Assembly (NCBI GenBank): GCA_963789395.1
Contig: CAWBKP010000009.1
Coordinates: forward strand, 1 to 64,000
Direction of reading: 5' to 3'
DNA from: an uncultured delta proteobacterium
GTDB taxonomy: Bacteria > Desulfobacterota > Desulfobacteria > Desulfobacterales > Desulfatirhabdiaceae
DNA: 64,000 bases
Shown: piece by piece, positions 21,908 through 31,302 of the stretch
Layout of the letters: each line of letters opens with the position of its first letter
Numbering within the stretch: the first letter of the stretch is position 1
The notes under the pieces: model-generated
What the model saw: the letters and a program-made list of their open reading frames with translations, nothing else
What the model was told of the DNA's origin: nothing
Database searches by the model: none
Position numbers and translations under genes: made by a program

Positions 21908-24900
21908 ATGCAGTGTCCCAAATGTCTGACAGAAAACCCGGAAACAAAGAAGTTCTGCAACGAATGCGGAACAAGGCTTTCTCTGATTTGTCCGCATTGC
22001 CAATCGGAATATAGTCCAGGGAGTAAATTCTGTGGCGAATGCGGCCACGAACTGCAACCGACCCAAAAGCCACCCCAAATTGATTACCAACAGCCCCAAT
22101 CCTACACCCCGAAACACCTGGCCGAAAAGATCCTCACCATGCGAAGCGCCATCGAGGGAGAGCGGAAAATTGTGACCGTGCTGTTTGCAGATGTGGCTGG
22201 GTTCAGCACGATGTCCGAGAAGCTTGATCCGGAGGAGGTACACCAGATTTTGGACGGCTGTTTCCGGATTCTGCTGGATGAAATTCACCGGTATGAAGGG
22301 ACCGTCAATCAGTTTCGAGGTGACGGGGTTATGGCCCTGTTTGGCGCGCCCATCGCCCATGAGGATCATGCCCAACGAGCCTGTTTCGCCGCCCTGGCCA
22401 TCCAGCATGCCCTGGTGTCTTATGGCCTGAAATTGAAACAGGTCTACGGCATTGATTTTAATATGCGGATCGGGCTGAACTCAGGGTCTGTCGTGGTGGG
22501 GGCCATCGGCGACGACCTGCGCATGGACTACACGGCTCAGGGGGACACGGCCAATCTTGCCTCCCGAATGGAAAGCAAGGCACAGCCCGGAACTGTCTTG
22601 GTGGCCGAACCGACTTTCCGGCTGGTGGGAGATTCCTTCGAATTTGAGCCCCTTGGTCAGATCCCGGTCAAGGGCAAGGAAAAGCCCGTTGCGGTGTATC
22701 GGTTGAAGGACAAGGCATTCAAGGCCAGAGCCCGTTCCGAGCGGGAAGTCTATTCGGAGCTGGTGGGCCGGGGTCAGGAACTGGAACAGCTGGAACTTCA
22801 GATCCTGAAGGCGGTCAACGGTGAAGGGTCCGTCGTGAACGTGGTGGGCGAGGCCGGCATCGGCAAATCCCGGCTAATGGCTGAATTGAAAAAACGTGAA
22901 GTGATGAAACGGGTCATGCTTCTGGAAGGCCGGGCCATTTCCATGGGCAGAAACCTGAGTTTTTACCCCATTATCGATTTGCTTAAGAACTGGGCGCGTA
23001 TCCGTGAGGATGATAGTGAAGCCGCTGCAATGAACAAGCTGCAGGAAGCCGTCCGGCGGGTATCTGCGGAGGAAGCTGATGAGATCTTTCCCTTTGTGGC
23101 CACCCTGATGGGAATGAAGCTTTCCGGAAAACACGCAGAGCGGGTAAAGGGCATCGAAGGAGAAGCTCTGGAAAAGCTGATTTTCAAGAACGTGAGGGAA
23201 CTTTTGATCCGCTCCATGGAGATCATTCCCACTGTGATCGTGATTGAAGATCTGCACTGGGCGGATACCAGCTCCCTGATTCTGATCGATGCGCTCTATC
23301 GGTTGGCAGACACCCGGAAGATCGTGTTCATCAATGTATTCCGCCCCGGGTACTGGAGCAATGAAGATAAAACTCCCACCACCCTGAAGAAAAGGGCGTC
23401 CGACCTGCCTCTGGTGGAACTTGTCCTTCAACCCCTTGATGCCCAAAGCAGCGAGTCTCTGATCAACAATATGCTGAGTATCAAGGGACTGCATCAAGGG
23501 GTGAAGAACCAAATCATTGAACGGGCCGGGGGAAATCCCTTCTTTATCGAAGAGGTGGTACGCGCACTTATCGATGATGGCGCTGTTGTCGTAAAAGACG
23601 GCGGGTTCGAGGTGACTGATAAAATACACTCCGTGGTGGTTCCCCCGACGATCAATGATGTCCTCATGGCCAGGATTGACCGGCTCGACGAGGAAAGCCG
23701 CAATGTTGTCAAAGTGGCTTCTGTGATCGGACGCAGCTTCTTTTACCGCATTCTGGCGGATGTTGCTTGTCGTGTGACGGGTCTGGACGACAAACTGGAA
23801 TATTTAAAGCAGATTCAGCTCATCCGGGAACGGATTCAGATGAATGAGCTGGAATACCTTTTCAAGCATGCCTTGGCTCAGGAGGCAGCATACGAATCCA
23901 TCCTTTTGCAGCAGCGTAAGCAGCTTCACCTGAAGGTGGCGGAGGCCATCGAACGGTTGTTTACAAAAAGGCTCAATGAGTTTTATGGCATTCTGGCGAT
24001 GCACTACAGCTGGGCAGACAATCTGGAAAAAGCGGAAGAGTATATGACCAAGGCCGGTGAGGAAGCGCTGCGGTCTTCATCTTCCAGTGAAGCCCTCCAC
24101 TACTATCAGGAGGGGTTGAGACTCTATCTGGAGAGATATGGCAATACTGCCGACCCAGAAAAAATAGCCAAATTTGAGAAAAACATCGGCATAGCGCTCT
24201 ACAACAGATCGCAGTGGGCCAGGTCCATTGAATATCTGGAAAAGGTTTTGGATCGCTGGCAGGCCCCTTTGCCGAAGGCAAATCTGAGTAGTGTCATGCA
24301 ACTGGTGTGCAATTTAGTCGTCGTACTCAAGGCCCTGTACTTTCCTTCTCGTAAAGACAAACCGGTAACCAGCAAACGCGAAAACGAAATATTCGACTTA
24401 TATCATAGGATTGGGGTGGGGTTGACGTATATCGACCTTCCCCGAACATTATTTGGGGCCATGGCAGGGCTTAGAAGATCGACAAGGTACGATATTGCCA
24501 AAATTCCCTATGGACCTGAACTGTGGCTTGGTTGTGCCGCCGTTTTTTCTTTTGGTGGCGTTCCATTCAATTTTGCCGAAAGATGCATGAAATACGGGCA
24601 CCATGCTGCAAGCTCGGGAGATATTCTCACCAATGTGCCAAACGCATGCTTCAGTCTTATGTACCAAATGTGCCATGGTCTTTGGAATGAAATCGAAACA
24701 ATGGACCACCACCTTGTCGATCATGGGTTGGGACAAGGTGATCTGTATCACACAACGACATATATGTGGTTTCTTGGTGTCGTAAAAGCGGAACAGGGGG
24801 AGTTCGATCAATCGAGAGAGATAATCGATAAAATGTTTCAGATAGGTGAGACCTATGACTATGCCCTCGCTAATATTTATGTTCACTCACTTGAATCCGA

Positions 24901-25582
24901 GCATCAGATTAAGAAAATCTGCGCCTCTGAAGCCCTGGTTGCGTCTGAACAAGGCCTTTCGAACGCACGTGAATATGGTACGGAAAATCTGGAAATGATG
25001 TTTCTCGCCTACAAGGGGGAAGCCCAGTTACTGCTCGGAGAGACGGCAGCATCAGATGAAACAATCACCAGGGCCAGCGATCTGTATGAGAAACAAAAAT
25101 ATGTATTTGCCACATATGCGGCTCTCCACCATGTAGCGCGTTTCCTGGCTGATATTCATCGACTGCAACGGGAAGTCTGCCCTGATAGACCTTCTCAAGA
25201 CACGAATATCCGAAAGAACGCCTATCGAAGCGGCAAGGCCGCCCTGAAAAATTCGCGGAAGTATGCGCCATACAGGACCAAAATCTTCCGATTGATGGGT
25301 CTTTACTACTGGCTCATCGGTAAGCAGGGCAAAGCATTCAAATGGCGGGACCGTGCAATCCGGGAAGGCGAAAAGCTCGGGGCGAGACCCGACCTGTCCC
25401 GGGCATACATGGAAGTAGGCAAGCGCCTGATGGAGCCGAAAAGCAAATTCAAGGAGCTAAACGGCATCAGTGCCCCGGAATACCTAAACAAAGCCGAAAC
25501 CCTTTTCAGGGAGATGGACCTGCAATGGGATTTGAAGCTACTGGAGGGGGTGAGAGCAGGACATTTGGATTCAGAAAATTGA
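21908..25582 (+). CDS. Zn-ribbon / cyclase / STAND ATPase / TPR protein, paralog 3 (intact, 1224 aa)
   Basis: Four CxxC pairs; LFADVAGFS, QFRGD, GDTANLASRME; GEAGIGKS; EDLHWAD; GNPFFIEE; FKHALAQE. Confidence 0.92.
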   Translation: MQCPKCLTENPETKKFCNECGTRLSLICPHCQSEYSPGSKFCGECGHELQPTQKPPQIDYQQPQSYTPKHLAEKILTMRSAIEGERKIVTVLFADVAGFSTMSEKLDPEEVHQILDGCFRILLDEIHRYEGTVNQFRGDGVMALFGAPIAHEDHAQRACFAALAIQHALVSYGLKLKQVYGIDFNMRIGLNSGSVVVGAIGDDLRMDYTAQGDTANLASRMESKAQPGTVLVAEPTFRLVGDSFEFEPLGQIPVKGKEKPVAVYRLKDKAFKARARSEREVYSELVGRGQELEQLELQILKAVNGEGSVVNVVGEAGIGKSRLMAELKKREVMKRVMLLEGRAISMGRNLSFYPIIDLLKNWARIREDDSEAAAMNKLQEAVRRVSAEEADEIFPFVATLMGMKLSGKHAERVKGIEGEALEKLIFKNVRELLIRSMEIIPTVIVIEDLHWADTSSLILIDALYRLADTRKIVFINVFRPGYWSNEDKTPTTLKKRASDLPLVELVLQPLDAQSSESLINNMLSIKGLHQGVKNQIIERAGGNPFFIEEVVRALIDDGAVVVKDGGFEVTDKIHSVVVPPTINDVLMARIDRLDEESRNVVKVASVIGRSFFYRILADVACRVTGLDDKLEYLKQIQLIRERIQMNELEYLFKHALAQEAAYESILLQQRKQLHLKVAEAIERLFTKRLNEFYGILAMHYSWADNLEKAEEYMTKAGEEALRSSSSSEALHYYQEGLRLYLERYGNTADPEKIAKFEKNIGIALYNRSQWARSIEYLEKVLDRWQAPLPKANLSSVMQLVCNLVVVLKALYFPSRKDKPVTSKRENEIFDLYHRIGVGLTYIDLPRTLFGAMAGLRRSTRYDIAKIPYGPELWLGCAAVFSFGGVPFNFAERCMKYGHHAASSGDILTNVPNACFSLMYQMCHGLWNEIETMDHHLVDHGLGQGDLYHTTTYMWFLGVVKAEQGEFDQSREIIDKMFQIGETYDYALANIYVHSLESEHQIKKICASEALVASEQGLSNAREYGTENLEMMFLAYKGEAQLLLGETAASDETITRASDLYEKQKYVFATYAALHHVARFLADIHRLQREVCPDRPSQDTNIRKNAYRSGKAALKNSRKYAPYRTKIFRLMGLYYWLIGKQGKAFKWRDRAIREGEKLGARPDLSRAYMEVGKRLMEPKSKFKELNGISAPEYLNKAETLFREMDLQWDLKLLEGVRAGHLDSEN

Positions 25583-25881
25583 TTGAGATAGTTTCGTTCT
25601 CTACTTGATCCTTTTTAACATATAAAACTTAGCGTGCCAAGCGGTTATCCGGAGGTTTTCTGTCTCAGTTGTCTGAAGGGAGAACGCAGGGCTTTGGTCA
25701 CCACCGACCCAGTTTAGGTTCATGATCATATAACGTTGCAAGTGCGATGCCCCGGATACTGCGGAAGATGCGATTATCACCTGGTCGCAAAGAGCCTGAT
25801 GTCAATGATTTAGACGAGAAGAATGACTCCCAATTAATTAAGTGCGACGAAAATCCCAAAAACAAAGTTAACCTTTTGTGC

Positions 25882-27261
25882 CTAGAAAGAAAGAGACAGT
25901 TGAGCAGCCAATTCAATCGGATTGGTGCTGCCATTTGGATCAACAGAATGGGTAATGCAATCACCAGCCCACAGATAGGCGCCGATCAGATCAAGCTTCA
26001 GATTGTCCACGATGGTGTAGGTGGCAACCAGATCAAGTTCCCAACCCAGGTCGCTGCTGTATTGGTAGGGCGCACCTGCTTGTGTTATTATTAGAACATC
26101 CTCAACATGCTGTGCATACCAAAGATCCGCGGCGAACTTCAGATCCGCAAGGAGTTTGTAGCTGGCACCAATATTGCCAATCCACACGTTGGAGATTTTG
26201 TCGCCGGGTGCGCCAGACGGGACCGTGTTGTCGATTATGCCGGCACCCATGATTTCTGCCCAGTAGTAACTGGTTCCCCAGTCTGTTTTTGGGCCAAAGG
26301 TTATGAACTGTTTCATATCATAAGACATATCGTCATATTTTTTACCGCTTGCGTAAATCCCTTTGGCGTGAATATTTGCAGGTCCCAGGTTGACGCCGCC
26401 AAAAAGATCAAACAAATATCCCTTGGCATTCGCATTTTCACCGTTAAGAAGCTTTATGTCGCCAAACTGAAATATAACGGTTGCTCCCTGATTGAAGATA
26501 CCAATTTTACCGTCATATTCCAGACCCGCAGACCACAAATCAACTTTGGTTCCCGGAATTCTTATCCCGGCTCCGGATGCGAGAAAATTATAATCAGCCA
26601 GAACATAGCTATTTTTTGCCTGAGCAGCAGATCCATTCTGGGACGTAATATATGCAACATGCGATTTAAAGGAATTATCTTTATCCAGAAAGATGGCGGG
26701 AGCAAAGACATATGAACTCATGTCGAAATTGGAATTAGAGTTTCCGGTTGAAGAATAGCCGGCACCGCCCTCGTACATTTTCATGTAAGCAAACGGAAGA
26801 TAAATCCCATCGTTGACTTTGAAAATGGCTATTATACCTGCGGCATCATCGTTATAAATATAACCTCTGGCCAACAAGAAATCCTGAACACCGACCCTAA
26901 ACAACTGCTCTCCCAGTTTGATACCCACATATGAGTTTTTAACCCTGAACGTATCGGCGCCTGAATTGTCTGCACCCATCTGGCCGTAACCGCCGTTTCC
27001 GCCCCATGTGGCATTGACTTCAAATTTGTTGACGAATTCCAGGTTTTCGCTGAATTTTGCTGTGTAATAGATACGAGTACGGGTATCGGTAATGTTTTCA
27101 TCCAGATAGACGTAGTTCGAATTATCTGTTCCATTATAGCCGATTTGAGTGTAAAATCTGGTTCTCCAAAAACCGCCAAATTCATTTTCAAATGCTGTTG
27201 CCGGCTTGCTATGGACAAGAGCGATCAGTCCTGCGATTAACAGTACGGATAATTTCTTCAT
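25882..27261 (-). CDS. Outer-membrane beta-barrel porin (deltaproteobacterial type)
   Basis: SD GAGGAG, signal peptide, Gly/aromatic-rich beta strands, DLGWELDL, terminal LSLSF. Confidence 0.8.
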   Translation of the reverse strand: MKKLSVLLIAGLIALVHSKPATAFENEFGGFWRTRFYTQIGYNGTDNSNYVYLDENITDTRTRIYYTAKFSENLEFVNKFEVNATWGGNGGYGQMGADNSGADTFRVKNSYVGIKLGEQLFRVGVQDFLLARGYIYNDDAAGIIAIFKVNDGIYLPFAYMKMYEGGAGYSSTGNSNSNFDMSSYVFAPAIFLDKDNSFKSHVAYITSQNGSAAQAKNSYVLADYNFLASGAGIRIPGTKVDLWSAGLEYDGKIGIFNQGATVIFQFGDIKLLNGENANAKGYLFDLFGGVNLGPANIHAKGIYASGKKYDDMSYDMKQFITFGPKTDWGTSYYWAEIMGAGIIDNTVPSGAPGDKISNVWIGNIGASYKLLADLKFAADLWYAQHVEDVLIITQAGAPYQYSSDLGWELDLVATYTIVDNLKLDLIGAYLWAGDCITHSVDPNGSTNPIELAAQLSLSF

Positions 27262-27661
27262 TCTGAGTTCCTCCTCGAATAATTTCACTTAATTGTTAAT
27301 CAACCAAAATCAGAAAGGAACTGACAATGAGCAACAAACGTGATCGGTACAATCAAGTTTTACAGGCGTGGGTCGTGCTGGCAGTCCATAAGAATGAAGA
27401 GGTCATTTTTGATCTGTCGCCCCGTTTTTGGGAATACACCCGGGCATGATCACCGCATGGAAGTTGGTTTGGAGGGAATTTGCGCGGTATCGAATTTTTA
27501 CATGGCTGAAACCCAAGTTAGACACCAATGCTTTGGGCTGCGCGCAATACCTGCCATCCAGGAATTTACAGATTTGCCGTGTAAGTGCTCCTTCGCGGGC
27601 AGTTCGGAATCTCGGACCTTCATATTCTTCAGAACTTTTTCAAAAGATCATTCTTTTACTT

Positions 27662-27758
27662 AAAAAAAAACCGAATCACCTTTTCAGGCAACCCGGCTAT
27701 ATTTTTCAAGATCCGCGGTTTTCCGCACCTACCTCACAATGGATTTGGCATTTTCTGA
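27662..27758 (-). promoter_or_regulatory. GEMM-I (c-di-GMP-I class) riboswitch-like aptamer with overlapping intrinsic terminator, upstream of the porin
   Basis: Minus strand AATGCCAAATCCATT-GTGA-GGTAGGTGCGGAAAACCGCGGATCT...ATAGCCGGGTTGCC; terminator CCGGGTTGCCT-GAAA-AGGTGATTCGG-T9. Confidence 0.7.
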
Positions 27759-28077
27759 GTATGTTATCCCTAACCATGAAAAAATTAAAAGTCAAGGGCT
27801 ATTTTACATGTAATGATTGGGTATATTTTAACCACGCTGGAATGTTTCGTGCTGTGCCAGACTGAAACATAGCTGAAACTGAAGTGGCAGGAAACTTATG
27901 GACACATTCTTATAAGTGGATTTATAACCCGTGAGGAGGCGTTCAACCGAAAAAGTTGAAGGGTCAAGAACTGGCGCGTTTGTTTAGATCGGAGTTTGTT
28001 TTCCCCGTTGACTTGCCCTTTCGTTTGCAAGTGTCACAGTATCCCGATCATGCCACGTTTCCAGTTCCTGCCCGTCG

Positions 28078-28903
28078 GTAGGGTCGAGAACTGGCGCGCC
28101 GGTTTAGGACAAAGTTTGTGTTTCCTGTTGTCTCGCTCTTTCGTTTGCGAGTGTCACAGCATCTCGTCCATGCCACGTTTCCAGTCCCCGCCTCGTCAAA
28201 CCCAACATGTGGATTTCCCACATTGGGCTTTCCTGTTAACTTCATTTGAAGATTTATGTGACCGATCCAGACGGCAGCACTTTCAGAACCTCATCGGGCC
28301 TTACTCCACCTGTTCCATCTGTTCTTAGCCTTCCTCTTCAAATAAATCTCTCCGCTCAGATCTTACAGAATAATGGACGGTTTTATCATTCCGCCCCTGT
28401 CTCACCGTGTTGCCTCAAGACTGTTAACAGCAGGGTTCCTTTGCTCCCCAGGAATTACCCCGGTTCAACGCTAATTCGAACCCATCCGCCACCCTCTCAT
28501 CTTTCGGCTCATTTCCCGATGTTAACGGTTATAGAGCCTACCTTGCTCCAAGAAGTTTCCTTCTGGGACGAGGAGGGTTTCTCCAGTTGCTTCATATGTC
28601 CTTGTCATCGTGCTGTCGCTACCACCCCGCTGGGATAGTCAGCCGCATCAGTCAGATTGCGACTTCCCATACTGTCTTCACCCTCCGGCTAAGGGCTCGA
28701 CCCCCAGGATTACGCATTTTCGAGGCTACCTCGCGTTCACTTTCGTTACGGCCCAATGACTCGCAACCGCCCTCTCGGCAGTTTTGTCGATAGGCTTCAG
28801 AATTTTGGTTTCCCTCCATCCTGCTATCCACGCTACGGGGCTTCTGACTTTTACCCCGGCAGGACTAACTCCTGCTGAACATACCAGCCTTTGCTGGACA
28901 CAC
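28078..28903 (-). ncRNA. Inner ORF-less group II intron (826 nt) inserted into domain V of the outer intron
   Basis: 5' GTGTG at 28903; DV AAAGCCCAATGTGGGAAATCCACATGTTGGGTTT with AGC triad; DVI ending GACCCTAC at 28078; DIV holds only decayed IEP ends. Confidence 0.88.
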
Positions 28904-28948
28904 AACCAGGACATGCAGTTCTCCCGCATCCGGCTCTCGTTCAAGACA

Positions 28949-29628
28949 TCATGTTTTCGCCCACGGAAGGTCATGGGTTCTTTCCGGCAGATTAATCAGC
29001 CCCAACTGTGCATATAGGTACTGATTGGGATAGCGCTTATACCCCTTGCCCGGAACCTTATGCTTTATACATAACCATCGGCGGAGCCGAGTCACCACGT
29101 GATTGTTGATGGTTTTATATGCCGTCCTGACAGGACCGAGGCAAAAATAGTTTGCCCACCCTGCCAGTTTTCGGTTCAGCATCTTCACGACAACTTCGGC
29201 ATCCAGTAAAGTCCTGCGTCGGTCTGTTTCCTCGGAGATATTCCTCACCATCCGTTTGATGCTCTTCCGCGACGGTTTGGTGCCGATATAGGCCCGCCCG
29301 TCTTACGGTTATAAAAGCGCCCGAAGGTGAAACCCAGAAAATCAAACTCCTCCTGTGGCAGATGACATAGATGCGATTTGTCCTCGTTCACCGTCAGCTT
29401 CAGCTTTTCCATGACGCGGCGCATCGCTCCCATCGCTTGATCTGCTTGGGCTTTACAACAGATGACAAAATCATCTGCATATGAAACAATATACGCCGAC
29501 CAGTGCTGTTCATACCCGAGGTGCTTCCATCCCAGAATAAAACGCCGCATGTACAAATTCGACAGCAGCGGTGAGACGGGAGATCCTTGAGGGGTACCGC
29601 ATCTGGTATCACGGTTGACTGTGGTACG
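28949..29628 (-). pseudogene. ltrA: Group II intron reverse transcriptase/maturase, C-terminal part with one frameshift near 29290; no endonuclease domain
   Basis: GTPQGSPVSPLLSNLY, YADD, FDFLGFTF, maturase LNRKLAGWANYF. Confidence 0.92.
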
Positions 29629-30619
29629 CTGGTTCAAGAGGGAGAAAGTCCCGAAAAAGTCATAAAAACCCTTGGATTTGCCAGGGCAAGCATTTACAAC
29701 TGGCTTGCCCGTTACCGGGCCGGGGGTTTGCACAGCTTGAAAACCGGTAGAAGAACGGGCAGGCCCCAAAAGCTTAGTGGTAGCCATTTGTCCTGGATTT
29801 ACCGGGTTGTGGTTGATAAAGATCCGCTTCAGATGAAATTTTCTTTTGCGCTTTGGACCCGGGCAATGGTTGCTGTTTTGATACGCCAGCAATTTGGGAT
29901 CAAACTTAGCGATGCCTCTGTCGGCCGGCTTCTGCGACAGCTGGGCCTGAGTTGCCAGAAACCATTGTTTCGAGCTTATCAGCAAAACCCGGACAAGGTC
30001 GAACAATGGAAACAAACTGTTTTTCCGCAAATCAAAAAGCGAGCGAAAAAACTCGGGGCAACCATCTACTTTCAGGATGAAAGCGGTATTCGCTCGGATT
30101 TTCATTCCGGCACAACTTGGGCACCAAGAGGTCAGACACCAGTCATTAAAGTAACCGGGGCACGGTTCAGCCTGAACATGGTTGGTGCTATCGACATGCG
30201 AGGGCAATTGCGGTTCATGGTGGTAAATGGCACCGTAACGTCCGAGCAAATATGCGATTTTCTCACGCGACTTATGCATGGTGCCGAAAAACCCGTCTTT
30301 TTGATTTGGGATGGTCATCCAACACACCGTTCGAAGGATGTGCGGGAATGTATCGACTCATTTAACGGCAATCTGGAAGTCTTCGCGTTGCCGTCGTATT
30401 CCCCGGAACTCAATCCAGTCGAACAGGTTTGGAACAATGTCAAAAACCATGGAATTGGAAGGAAAAAAGTCTTTGGTCCTGATCAACTGAAATCCATGGT
30501 AATCGGCCAACTACGAAGATTACAAAAACTGCCCTCTATTGTTAGTGCATTTTTTAGACACCCTGATTGCGCCTATACTATTGTAGCTTGATGTCTATTT
30601 ACTTTTGATCGCCTTAGTA
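29629..30619 (+). mobile_element. IS630-family element lacking its left end; transposase 29629..30591
   Basis: HTH, YFQDES, IWDGHPTH and PSYSPELNPVEQVW (DDE); right end ...CCTTAG-TA; abuts the truncated intron ORF. Confidence 0.9.
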
Positions 30620-30662
30620 AATCCTCCTGTGATAATAAAAATCAAAAAACGCGCTCCTGCCA

Positions 30663-31283
30663 TCATGAACATATTTGAGGTACCTGGTGCCTCTTTTTCC
30701 CCGTTGCCAAATAGGAACCGGAAATATCGGTGATTTCCGGATAGGTCAGTCCGGCATTGATGAACAAGGTTGCCATCTGGACATCATCGGGCAAGACGTC
30801 CTTGTCAACGGCTGAATGCGAGGCATGATGCCGGGCCAGCTCTTCCCGGCTCATCAGATGGGCGATAATCAGGCTGCCGTCTGGCTTGCCGACCCTGGCC
30901 ATTTCCCGAACAGCCAAATCCGGACTATTAAAATGGGGAAAGGCGGCAAAGCAGATAACATGGTCAAAGACATTGTCCTTGAAAGGAATGCGATGCACAT
31001 CGGCCTTAAGCACGATATCTTCTGGGGATTCAAGTTTTTTCACGGCCTGGCAGGCCATCTGAAAGGAGATATCGAACGCACAGATCCGGCCCGCTCTACC
31101 AACGATCCTCCGAAGGTAGGGAATCAAAATTCCAGGCCCGGTACCAATGTCCAGAATTCGGGCGCCGGGAGTCACATTAAACGTGGGAATCAGGGCTTCC
31201 AGTCGCTTTCGGGTCGGCGCCGGATAGCAATTCTGTTCCCATTGCTCAGCCCTCACATCAAAAAAATCGGCATTCGGTTGCAT
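30663..31283 (-). CDS. Class I SAM-dependent methyltransferase
   Basis: ILDIGTGPG, FDIS, ADVHRIPF, FDHVIC, FPHF. Confidence 0.9.
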   Translation of the reverse strand: MQPNADFFDVRAEQWEQNCYPAPTRKRLEALIPTFNVTPGARILDIGTGPGILIPYLRRIVGRAGRICAFDISFQMACQAVKKLESPEDIVLKADVHRIPFKDNVFDHVICFAAFPHFNSPDLAVREMARVGKPDGSLIIAHLMSREELARHHASHSAVDKDVLPDDVQMATLFINAGLTYPEITDISGSYLATGKKRHQVPQICS

Positions 31284-31302
31284 GGATGATCCGTTTTGTC
31301 CG

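Larger units (their letters stand above)
27958..29628 (-). mobile_element. Outer group II intron, 5'-truncated (IEP 3' half, split DV, DVI)
   Basis: IEP followed by GAGAGCCGGATGCGGGAGAACTGCATGTCCTGGTT, which resumes at 28077 as CGACGGGCAGG...GACCCTTC (terminal AC reads TC). Confidence 0.88.

Noticed and set aside
27958..28190. Two ~110-bp similar segments as a DGR template/variable repeat pair, retron RNA or assembly duplication
   Set aside because: They are the DVI regions of two nested group II introns; differences are not adenine-specific and the RT has a maturase domain
29587..29628. N-terminus of the 334-aa transposase ORF
   Set aside because: These codons are antisense intron sequence; the true transposase start is deleted
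29245..30327. 360-aa ORF as a novel RT fusion protein
   Set aside because: Its N-terminal two-thirds is the antisense of the IS630 transposase; only the part from about 29628 down is RT
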